A DNA stretch of 54,859 nt, taken from contig JBKQLZ010000240.1 of the NCBI GenBank assembly GCA_052146895.1, positions 1-54,859 on the forward strand. The letters run 5' to 3'. Under the pieces are notes generated by a model. The model did no database searches. It was not told the origin of the DNA and worked only from the letters and a program-made list of their open reading frames with translations. The position numbers and the translations under genes were made by a program. The DNA is from Acidimicrobiales bacterium. Its GTDB lineage: Bacteria > Actinomycetota > Acidimicrobiia > Acidimicrobiales > Bog-793. Below, piece after piece: positions 47,649 through 54,859 of the stretch (position 1 is its first letter; every line of letters begins with the position of its first letter).

Positions 47649-48074
47649 CTACTCCTTTTCGAAACGCGCCCGCCCCACCACAACCCGCCCCACGACCACT
47701 CGAGCGAGCTCCCGCCCGGTTAGCTCGTCGGTGACGGTCACGGCGAACGTCAGGCGAGAGCTGGTGATGTCCTCGAGCCGCGCCTCGGCTCGGACCGCCT
47801 CCCCGACGAACGACGGGGCGAGGTGGTCGATCTCCACTCGAGTCCCCACTGTCGTCATGTCGGGGCCGAGGCAGCCGGCCAGCGCCGCGACAGTCGCCTG
47901 CTCCGCCAGGGCGACGACCCGAGGGGTGCCGAGGACGCTGACGTCTCCTGATCCGAGCGCCTGCGCGGTATCAGCCGCAGTCACTACAAGGTGCACCGTG
48001 GCCACGAGCCCGATCTCGATCGCCGGGCGATCTGCTCCGTCACCACCTGGGGCTTGGTCAGTGTCCAGGTCCAC
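47649..48074 (-). CDS. Hotdog-fold thioesterase (FlK-like family)
   Basis: VVTAADTAQALGSGDVSVLGTPRVVALAEQA and GTRVEIDHLAPSFVGEAV fit the family. I chose GTG 48074 because the upstream ATG 48152 would overlap the divergent tldD start. Confidence 0.7.
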   Translation of the reverse strand: MDLDTDQAPGGDGADRPAIEIGLVATVHLVVTAADTAQALGSGDVSVLGTPRVVALAEQATVAALAGCLGPDMTTVGTRVEIDHLAPSFVGEAVRAEARLEDITSSRLTFAVTVTDELTGRELARVVVGRVVVGRARFEKE

Positions 48075-48150
48075 GCCGGTACGATACGGCGGCTCGACCG
48101 GATCGGCCCTCGCGGGGTGCTCGAACAGGAAAGCTTCGAAGGAGCGACGC

Positions 48151-49563
48151 ATGACCATGACCGATACCGCGCTCGTAGAGCCGGATGTTCTCGAGCGGGT
48201 TCTCGGCGCGGCGTTGGCTCGGGGCGGCGATTTTGCCGAGGTGTTCGTCGAGGACCGCAAGATGACCGGCATCTCGCTCGACGACCGTCGCGTCGAAGAG
48301 CTTTCGTCAGGGCACGACCGAGGAGCGGGGATACGGGTCGTGGTTGCGGACACGACCGGCTTTGCTCATACTGCAGACCTGTCCGAGCCGGGGTTGAGGG
48401 CGGCGGCTGAGGCGGCTTCGGCGGTTGCGCGCGAGGGAGGCGGAGGCACTCGTCGGGTCGAGCTCCGCGAGTCGAAGGCGGTCGCGCCGAATGAGATCCG
48501 GACCCTCCCGAGCGAGGTCGCAAAGGCTACGAAGGTAGAGCTGCTGCTGCGGGCTGACGACATCGCCCGGTCGAAGAGCGACTCGATCGTGCAGGTGAGC
48601 GCGGGCTACGGCGATTCACGGCGCCGAATCCTCGTTGCGAACTCACACGGGCTGTTGAGCGGTGACGACCGCGTACGCACGCGCTTCTCTGTCGTGTGCG
48701 TCGCGTCCGGCGACACTGGGATGCAGACCGGGTACGAGACGACTGCGCTGACGGTCGGGTTCGAGCTCTTCGACATGCGGTCGATCGAAGATGTCGCCTC
48801 CGAAGCTGCGCGGCGTGCCGTCACGAAGCTGTCGGCCCGGCCGGCGCCCGTCGGCGTCGTGCCCGTCGTCATCAAGAGCGGCAGCGGCGGCATCTTGTTC
48901 CACGAGGCATGCGGGCACGGCCTCGAGGCGGACCACATCGTGAAGGACAGCTCGGTGTACACCGGCCGGCTCGGCGAGCTGGTCGCAAGCCCGCTCGTCA
49001 CGCTCGTGGACGACGGGACCATCGGCCCCAACTGGGGGAGCCTGGCGATCGACGACGAGGGCCGACCCGCCCAGCGCAACGTGCTCATCGAGAACGGCGT
49101 CCTCGTCGATTACATGTGGGACGGGCTGAGCGGGAAGAAGAAGGGCCGCTCATCATCGGGCAACGGAAGGCGCGAGAGCTATCAGCACTTGCCGATGGTG
49201 CGGATGACGAACACGTTTCTCATGGCGGGGGAAGACGACCCCGAGGAGATCGTCGCCCAGACCCCGCACGGCGTCTACGTCGCCCACCTCGGCGGCGGCC
49301 AGGTCAACACCGCGACGGGCGACTTCGTCTTCGGCATGACAGAGGCCTACCTGATCGAGGACGGGCGCATCACCGAGCCGCTGCGCGACGCCAACCTGAT
49401 CGGCAACGGTCCAGATGTGTTGTCGAAGATCGACGCGGTCGGCAGCGACTTCGACATGTGCCCTGGCACCTGTGGCAAGGACGGTCAGTCCGTTCCGGTC
49501 GGGTGCGGGCAGCCGACTCTGCGCGTGACCGGGGTGACCATCGGAGGGACTGCGGGTGGCTGA
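48151..49563 (+). CDS. tldD: Metalloprotease TldD
   Basis: ILFHEACGHGLEAD (HExxxH), GNGRRESY and a GxC-rich C-terminus (MCPGTCGKDGQSVPVGCGQP). GAAGGAG lies 6 nt upstream of ATG 48151. It lies within the long shadow ORF 46153..49563. Confidence 0.93.
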   Translation: MTMTDTALVEPDVLERVLGAALARGGDFAEVFVEDRKMTGISLDDRRVEELSSGHDRGAGIRVVVADTTGFAHTADLSEPGLRAAAEAASAVAREGGGGTRRVELRESKAVAPNEIRTLPSEVAKATKVELLLRADDIARSKSDSIVQVSAGYGDSRRRILVANSHGLLSGDDRVRTRFSVVCVASGDTGMQTGYETTALTVGFELFDMRSIEDVASEAARRAVTKLSARPAPVGVVPVVIKSGSGGILFHEACGHGLEADHIVKDSSVYTGRLGELVASPLVTLVDDGTIGPNWGSLAIDDEGRPAQRNVLIENGVLVDYMWDGLSGKKKGRSSSGNGRRESYQHLPMVRMTNTFLMAGEDDPEEIVAQTPHGVYVAHLGGGQVNTATGDFVFGMTEAYLIEDGRITEPLRDANLIGNGPDVLSKIDAVGSDFDMCPGTCGKDGQSVPVGCGQPTLRVTGVTIGGTAGG

Positions 49564-50905
49564 GCTGATCGGCCTCGCCGAGGCCGTCACTCGCCACGCC
49601 GACGCTCGGGCGGGCGAAGAGGTCGAGGCGTACGTCTCCCGGGGTCGCGAGACATCGATCCGGGTCTTCGAGGGCGAGGTGGAGCAGCTTTCCTCGGCGG
49701 ATTCGGCAGGGATCGGCGTGCGGGTCGTCCGGGATGGGAAGCAGGGCTTTGCCTGGGTCGGGGCCCTTGACGATGCTGCCGCCCGCGAGGCGCTCGCCGA
49801 GGCCCGCGACAACGTCTCGCACGCCACCTTCGACGAGCACGCCGGGCTGGGCCGGCCCGACGGCGTCCGCGCAGCGACGCTCGACCTCTGGCGGGAGGAG
49901 TTGGCGGCGTTCCCCACGCAGTCGAAGGTCGAGCTGGCGATGGAGCTCGAGCGGCAGGTGCGCGCTGGCGACAGCCGGATCCGCCAAGTCGTCAGCGCGG
50001 ACTACGCCGACGCGATCGGCGAGTCCGCAATCGCGACCTCGACTGGCATCTCGGAGTCCACCAGGCGCACGACTTGCTACCTGTTCGTCTATGCGATCGC
50101 AGGCGATGCCGACGACACCCAGACGGGGTTCGGGTACTCGGTCGGCCGCTCAGCCGACGACCTCGACGTCTCGAAGGCATCGGCGGACGCCGTCGACCGG
50201 GCCACGCGCCTGCTCGGTGCGAAGAAACCCCGCAGTTCCCGCCTCACCGTCGTCCTCGACCAACGGGTGACGGCCACCCTGCTCGGGATCCTCGCCAGCA
50301 CGCTCTCCGGAGAAGAGGTCTCGAAGGGCCGGAGCCTGTTCGCCGACCGCCTCGGCGAAGAGGTCGGCAACGGGCAGCTCACTCTCGTGGACGACCCGAC
50401 AGACCCCGCGGCGTTCGGTGCCACGCCGGTCGATGCAGAAGGACTCGCTACGCGGCGCAACGAGCTGATCTCCGGCGGGAAGCTGATGGGCTACCTCTAC
50501 GACACCCATGCAGGGCGCGTCGCGCGCACCAACTCGACAGGGTCTGCAGTAAGGGGTGGCTACCGCACGACCCCCGGTGTCGGAGCGCGGGCGGTCTCGC
50601 TCCTCCCTGGAGAATTGACGCAGGCCGAGATCATCTCGGCAGTCGGAGACGGCCTTCTGGTCCAGTCCATCTCGGGAGTGCACTCCGGCGTCAACCCGGT
50701 CAGCGGAGACTTCTCGGTCGGAGCGGAAGGTCTCATGATCCGAAATGGGGAGCTTGCCGAGCCCGTGCGGGAGATGACCATCGCCTCGACTATCCAGCGC
50801 ATGCTGCTGCACGTCCGCCATGTCGGCTCCGACCTCGACTGGCTGCCGGGGTCCTCGGCCGGCCTTACCCTCGCGATCGACGATGTCTCGCTGGGCGGCG
50901 AGTGA
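49556..50905 (+). CDS. pmbA: TldE/PmbA family metalloprotease partner
   Basis: AGIGVRVVRDGKQGFA and VQSISGVHSGVNPVSGDFS match the family, and it lacks HExxxH as expected for TldE. The GTG start overlaps the tldD 3' end by 8 nt. Confidence 0.9.
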   Translation: MAELIGLAEAVTRHADARAGEEVEAYVSRGRETSIRVFEGEVEQLSSADSAGIGVRVVRDGKQGFAWVGALDDAAAREALAEARDNVSHATFDEHAGLGRPDGVRAATLDLWREELAAFPTQSKVELAMELERQVRAGDSRIRQVVSADYADAIGESAIATSTGISESTRRTTCYLFVYAIAGDADDTQTGFGYSVGRSADDLDVSKASADAVDRATRLLGAKKPRSSRLTVVLDQRVTATLLGILASTLSGEEVSKGRSLFADRLGEEVGNGQLTLVDDPTDPAAFGATPVDAEGLATRRNELISGGKLMGYLYDTHAGRVARTNSTGSAVRGGYRTTPGVGARAVSLLPGELTQAEIISAVGDGLLVQSISGVHSGVNPVSGDFSVGAEGLMIRNGELAEPVREMTIASTIQRMLLHVRHVGSDLDWLPGSSAGLTLAIDDVSLGGE

Positions 50906-51645
50906 CCGCTGTGCATGGCCGCCAGCCGACCGACGAGGCGGTCGCCCGCCACCCCCATCTCGGCGAGGCCCGCTCGACCGCGCAGAGCTTGCGTGTCGAC
51001 TGCCACATGCACACGATGTGGTCGGGCGACTCAACGACGACTCCTGACGAGCTGGCAGCCGCCGTCGTTGCGACCGGGATCGACGTCCTGTGCATCACCG
51101 ACCACTCGACGATCGCCGGTGCCGTGCGACTCGCGACCGAATTGCCCTGCCGCGTCGTGATCGGCCAGGAGCAGCGCACGCCTGAGGGCGAGATCATCGG
51201 GTTGTTTCTCACGGAGCGGATCCCACCTGGTTGCAGGTCGGCAGCCGAGGCGGCGCGTGTGGTGCGCGATCAGGGAGGGCTAGTTTACGTGCCTCACCCG
51301 TTCGACCCGATGAGGCACCGACTTGGCCTGTCAGCCCTCGAAGTGCTGGCTTTCGAGGGGCTCGTCGACGCGATCGAGGCGCGCAACGGGAAGACCTCGC
51401 TCGAGTCGCTCAACGCAGAGGCCGCCGCCGCCTGTGTCCGGCTCGGGGTAGCGGCCGGAGGAGGCAGCGACGCTCACGTGCCTGACGCGATCGGCGCCGC
51501 TTATGTCGAGATGCCCCCGTTCGAGGGGCCATCGGACTTCTTGGCAGGTCTCAAAACAGGCCGAGTGATCGGGCACCACTTCGACTCGGCTCGCCCGTGG
51601 CGTGCCCGGGTCGTGCCATCGGTGAGGCCGGCCGCGGAGGGCTAG
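50902..51645 (+). CDS. PHP domain metal-dependent phosphoesterase
   Basis: VDCHMHTMWSGDS, CITDHSTIAG, YVPHPFD and GGGSDAH are the PHP His/Asp motifs. The GTG at 50902 overlaps the pmbA stop (GTGA). Confidence 0.85.
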   Translation: MTAVHGRQPTDEAVARHPHLGEARSTAQSLRVDCHMHTMWSGDSTTTPDELAAAVVATGIDVLCITDHSTIAGAVRLATELPCRVVIGQEQRTPEGEIIGLFLTERIPPGCRSAAEAARVVRDQGGLVYVPHPFDPMRHRLGLSALEVLAFEGLVDAIEARNGKTSLESLNAEAAAACVRLGVAAGGGSDAHVPDAIGAAYVEMPPFEGPSDFLAGLKTGRVIGHHFDSARPWRARVVPSVRPAAEG

Positions 51646-51672
51646 CACTTTGAGTAGCAGCAGTTGCCGGCC

Positions 51673-52047
51673 TCAGGAGGCTGCGGCAGCCGGCTTCGAC
51701 TCGGTGGCAGTCGAGCTCGGCTTGGACTCCGCCTTGTCGGACTTCGCAGAGGTCTCGGACTTCTCGGCTTTCTCGGTCTTGTCCGCCTTGGCGGGAGCCG
51801 TGGAGCTCGAGTCGCCGTTCGAGGACTCGCCGACCGAAGCCGCCTCGGACTTGTTGGATGACTTCGAGGCGGAGCGACTGTCCGTCTTGTAGAAGCCGCT
51901 CCCTTTGAACACGATCCCGACGCTCCCGAAGACCTTGCGCAGGTCGCCACCGCAATTTGGGCATACGGTCAGGGAATCGTCGGTGAAGGCCTGAACGACC
52001 TCGAGTTGCTCTCCGCACTGCTTACATGCGTACTCGTATGTCGGCAT
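51673..52047 (-). CDS. ruc: FmdB-family zinc-ribbon protein with a disordered Ser/Lys/Ala-rich tail (Ruc-type redox-regulated chaperone, Rv0991c-like)
   Basis: MPTYEYACKQCGEQLEVVQAFTDDSLTVCPNCGGDLRKVFGSVGIVFKGSGFYKTDSR is the CxxC-x(n)-CxxC ribbon, followed by a ~65-aa low-complexity tail. A perfect CIRCE lies 31 nt upstream, and the gene is adjacent to moeA as in mycobacteria. Confidence 0.85.
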   Translation of the reverse strand: MPTYEYACKQCGEQLEVVQAFTDDSLTVCPNCGGDLRKVFGSVGIVFKGSGFYKTDSRSASKSSNKSEAASVGESSNGDSSSTAPAKADKTEKAEKSETSAKSDKAESKPSSTATESKPAAAAS

Positions 52048-52078
52048 TCTGGGTAGCACTCCCGGCGGGTGTGGGTGT

Positions 52079-52105
52079 TTAGCACTCTCGTAGGTCGAGT
52101 GCTAA
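52079..52105. promoter_or_regulatory. CIRCE element (HrcA operator)
   Basis: It reads TTAGCACTC-tcgtaggtc-GAGTGCTAA, an exact match to the TTAGCACTC-N9-GAGTGCTAA consensus. In the ruc orientation a TATACT -10-like hexamer abuts it. An extra half-site TAGCACTC lies at 52054-52061. Confidence 0.85.
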
Positions 52106-52135
52106 GTATATCGAACGAGGCAGGAGGCGCTTTCG

Positions 52136-53437
52136 ATGGTCGCTGACGAGCACGGGCACGTCCAGGAGCACGTGCACCCGGACGAGCCGATGATGACCCT
52201 CGAGGAAGTGCAGAAGCTTGTCCTCGAGCGGTGCGGGCCTCTCGGTGTCACAGCGGTACCCGTCGGGGAGGCTCTCGGGTGCGTTCTGGCCGAAGAGGTA
52301 CTCGTCGAGTCCGACATCCCGCCGTTCGCGAACTCCGCCATGGATGGATACGCGGTGAGGTCTGCCGACACCGTTGACGGACCGGTCGAGCTTCGAGTTG
52401 TTGGCATCCTTCCCGCGGGGTCTCCTCCACCAGATGCCGCTATCGGCCCTGGCGAAGCGCTCCAGATCATGACCGGGGCGGCGATGCCACCTGGTGCGGA
52501 CGGCATAGCGATTGTGGAGCGGACCAAAAGGGTGAGCGACGGCACCGTCCGGATCCTTGACGAGATCGACCCGTCGACGAACGTGCGGCCGGCGGGCTCG
52601 GACTTCCGAGCCGGCTCGGTCGCACTGCCGGCGGGCGCCTTGATCAGGCCCGCGCAGATCGGGATCCTTGCAAGCGTCGGCATCGTCGATGTCCCGGTCT
52701 GGAGGCGTCCTCGCGTCGGCGTGATGTCGACCGGAGACGAGCTAGTCGAGGGCGGCCGCCCGCTCATGCCAGGACAGATCCGCGACTCGAACAGGCCCAC
52801 TCTGCTCGGGTTGGTGGTTAGGGACGGCCACGAGGCCGTCGACCTCGGGCGGGTCGCCGACAGCGCTGCCGATGTCGAGGCAGCGCTCCGGGTCGCACTC
52901 GCCAGCTGCGACGTCGTCCTCTCTTCTGGTGGCGTCTCCAAGGGCGAGTTCGACTTCGTGAAAGTCGTGCTCGAGCAGTTGGCCTCCGAGCTCTCCGGCG
53001 AGTACTTCGAGCTGGCGGTCGCGATCCGCCCAGCCAAGCCGCTAGCTCTTGCGTGGCTGCCCCGCTCGCCGGGAAGCGACGAGCGGGTCGCGTTCTTCGG
53101 CTTACCGGGTAACCCTGTCTCGTCGATCGTCAGCTACGAAGTGATCGCGGCACCCGCGCTCCGCTACATGTCCGGCATTACAAGCCCGCTCACCCGACCC
53201 GTCCGGGGAACCGCCGCCGAGGAGCTTCGAGCGAGCCGGGACGGGCGGCTGAACCTACTGCGAGTGGAGGCCGGTTTTGGGCCGGACGGCGTGCTCGCGG
53301 TTCGGTCGGCCGGCGGGCAGCAATCTCATCAGCTGTCAGCGATGGCTTCGGCCAACGCGCTCGCGATGGTCCCTTCCGGCGAGACCGTCGGCGTGGGTGA
53401 GTCAGTCGACCTGCTCATCTTCGGGCCACTCGCGTAG
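52136..53437 (+). CDS. moeA: Molybdopterin molybdotransferase MoeA
   Basis: PPFANSAMDGYAV, VLSSGGVSKGEFDF and GLPGNPVSS motifs. AGGAGG lies 8 nt upstream of ATG 52136. The alternative start ATG 52190 is less favoured. Confidence 0.92.
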   Translation: MVADEHGHVQEHVHPDEPMMTLEEVQKLVLERCGPLGVTAVPVGEALGCVLAEEVLVESDIPPFANSAMDGYAVRSADTVDGPVELRVVGILPAGSPPPDAAIGPGEALQIMTGAAMPPGADGIAIVERTKRVSDGTVRILDEIDPSTNVRPAGSDFRAGSVALPAGALIRPAQIGILASVGIVDVPVWRRPRVGVMSTGDELVEGGRPLMPGQIRDSNRPTLLGLVVRDGHEAVDLGRVADSAADVEAALRVALASCDVVLSSGGVSKGEFDFVKVVLEQLASELSGEYFELAVAIRPAKPLALAWLPRSPGSDERVAFFGLPGNPVSSIVSYEVIAAPALRYMSGITSPLTRPVRGTAAEELRASRDGRLNLLRVEAGFGPDGVLAVRSAGGQQSHQLSAMASANALAMVPSGETVGVGESVDLLIFGPLA

Positions 53438-53513
53438 TCATGGAGTCGTCCGTCGGGCGTGCTGGAAGTGAGTCGGTGAACGTATCTCGGGAACGCAGGC
53501 GTAGGCTGACAGC

Positions 53514-54530
53514 GTGAGCGAGAACCAAGCGCTGGGGCCACTAGTCGACACCTTCGGCCGGACCGCACGCGATCTGCGGATCTCGATCACCGACCGCTGC
53601 AACTTCCGGTGCGTGTACTGCATGCCCGAGGAGGGCATCCAGTTCCTGCCCCGCGACGAGATCCTCAGCTACGAGGAGATCACCCGCCTCGCGCGCCTGT
53701 TCGTCGAGGACCTCGGCATCGAGTCGATCCGGCTCACCGGCGGCGAGCCCACCGTCCGCCGCGACCTCACAACGCTCGTATCGATGCTGGCGGCTTTGCG
53801 CACGCCGGCCGGCGCTCCTGTCGAGATCTCGCTCACGACGAACGGCTCGTCCCTCTCCCGGCTCGCTGACCCGCTCCGTGACGCAGGGTTGACGAGGGTG
53901 AATGTGTCGCTTGATTCATTGAGGGCCGATCGTTTCTTCGCGATTACGAGGCGGGACGCCCTCGCTGATGTGATCGCGGGGATCGACGCTGCGGTCGTCG
54001 CCGGACTCGAACCTGTGAAGGTGAACGTCGTCGCCGTCCGCCACAAGAACGAAGACGAGATCCTCGACTTCGCCATCTTCGGCCGTGAGCGTGGGGTGCA
54101 GATCCGCTTCATCGAGTACATGCCGCTCGACGCCGACGGATCTTGGACACTCGAGCAGGTCGTCTCCGCTGACGAGATCGTCGACACGATCGGGACGATC
54201 TTCCCGCTCGAGGAGGTCGCACACGGCGCTGAGCCCGCCACGAGATGGCGTTACGCCGACGGGGCGGGCGAGATCGGCGTGATCCCCTCCGTCACGCGCC
54301 CGTTCTGCGGCAGCTGCGACCGGGTACGGCTGACTGCCGAAGGACAGTTCCTGACCTGCCTCTTTGCGGTGGACGACCTCGATCTACGGCACCCCCTGCG
54401 CCACGGGGCCGGTGATGCTTACCTCGCGGAGATCATCAAGGAGGCCGTCTTCGGGAAGTGGTCGGGGCACCGGATCGGGCGAGTTGACTTTGTACGCCCG
54501 ACTCGTTCCATGAGCCAAATCGGCGGCTGA
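53514..54530 (+). CDS. moaA: GTP 3',8-cyclase MoaA (radical SAM)
   Basis: LRISITDRCNFRCVYCMPEEG is the CxxxCxxC cluster, with LTGGEPTVR and a C-terminal CGSCDRVRLTAEGQFLTCLF second cluster. GTG start. Confidence 0.95.
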   Translation: MSENQALGPLVDTFGRTARDLRISITDRCNFRCVYCMPEEGIQFLPRDEILSYEEITRLARLFVEDLGIESIRLTGGEPTVRRDLTTLVSMLAALRTPAGAPVEISLTTNGSSLSRLADPLRDAGLTRVNVSLDSLRADRFFAITRRDALADVIAGIDAAVVAGLEPVKVNVVAVRHKNEDEILDFAIFGRERGVQIRFIEYMPLDADGSWTLEQVVSADEIVDTIGTIFPLEEVAHGAEPATRWRYADGAGEIGVIPSVTRPFCGSCDRVRLTAEGQFLTCLFAVDDLDLRHPLRHGAGDAYLAEIIKEAVFGKWSGHRIGRVDFVRPTRSMSQIGG

Positions 54531-54608
54531 ACGCACAAGCGGCGCGTCGTCCCAGGTGGGAGCCGCGGCCCGACGGCCGCCGCCGTAGCCGCTTAGACTG
54601 CCCACCCG

Positions 54609-54859
54609 ATGTCCGAGCGTGGCCTGACTCATCTCGACCCTTTGGGGAGGGCAAGGATGGTCGACGTCACCCCGAAGGAGACGACTCACCGCCGTGCGCT
54701 TGCGCGCTGCAAGGTGACGATGCTCCCGGAGACGACCGTTGCGATCGCCTCCAACGCCATCAACAAGGGGGACGTACTGGGGGCGGCCCGCATAGCCGGA
54801 ATCCAAGCGGCCAAGCGAACTGCTGAGCTCATCCCGCTCTGTCACCCACTGCTCGTGGG
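54609..54859 (+). CDS. moaC: Cyclic pyranopterin monophosphate synthase MoaC (N-terminal part; continues beyond the window)
   Basis: My translation from ATG 54609 gives [36 protein letters not shown]...[32 protein letters not shown], matching the MoaC signatures. It is absent from the ORF track because no stop lies in the window. Confidence 0.9.
   Translation, partial: MSERGLTHLDPLGRARMVDVTPKETTHRRALARCKVTMLPETTVAIASNAINKGDVLGAARIAGIQAAKRTAELIPLCHPLLV

Noticed and set aside
46153-48150. Upstream two-thirds of the 1136-aa plus-strand ORF 46153..49563
   Set aside because: It is out of frame with the ThDP enzyme gene and antisense to the thioesterase gene, giving an Arg/Pro-rich nonsense translation. 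Only the portion from ATG 48151 (tldD) is real.
53438-53513. Moco riboswitch upstream of moaA (also considered for 52048-52135 upstream of moeA)
   Set aside because: The intergenic regions are only 76 and 88 nt, too short for the ~130-nt or longer Moco RNA motif. I see none of its conserved stems, and the moeA leader is occupied by CIRCE instead.

Overview
High-GC, actinobacterial-type chromosomal window with about 57 protein genes, one tRNA and no rRNA. Gene calls come from the supplied ORF track plus my own reading of start codons. Many track ORFs are antisense or read-through shadows typical of high-GC DNA. Layout: (i) 1-13.4 kb is a conserved minus-strand housekeeping block: form-II CoxL/XDH-like subunit, FtsB/DivIC-like, eno, YabN/MazG fusion, SurA-like lipoprotein, mfd, pth, rplY/ctc, prs and a short glmU-like gene. 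(ii) 13.5-26.2 kb holds acyl-CoA dehydrogenases, SDRs, an APH-fold kinase, a TetR regulator, hydrolases, an M20 peptidase and methyltransferases, i.e. lipid/xenobiotic-type metabolism. (iii) 26.3-29.1 kb is a convergent cell-envelope gene pair: a lectin/PG-binding/L,D-transpeptidase fusion and an orphan membrane-anchored protein. (iv) 29.3-32.4 kb is a macro-phaC-phaZ operon. (v) 33.0-36.5 kb is a decayed stretch bounded by tRNA-Lys(UUU) and a direct copy of its 3' half. It contains a macro-domain gene remnant and an AAA+ ATPase remnant. (vi) 36.7-47.6 kb holds assorted enzymes (VOC, beta-lactamase-fold, GH36 alpha-galactosidase, F420-type Ddn, an HxlR regulator with a divergent S1C protease, pirin, DivIVA-domain protein, ThDP enzyme). 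(vii) 48.1-54.9 kb holds tldD-pmbA-PHP, a Ruc-type zinc-ribbon chaperone gene with a perfect CIRCE operator, then moeA-moaA-moaC. I found no CRISPR array, transposase, integrase, recognisable defence cassette or toxin-antitoxin pair. I also found no convincing novel multi-gene system. The most interesting items are the lectin-Ldt fusion and its orphan neighbour, the tRNA-bounded decayed region, the truncated GlmU, and the CIRCE shared by ruc and moeA. GC statements are by eye only. Family assignments rest on motif recognition and were not checked by any search.
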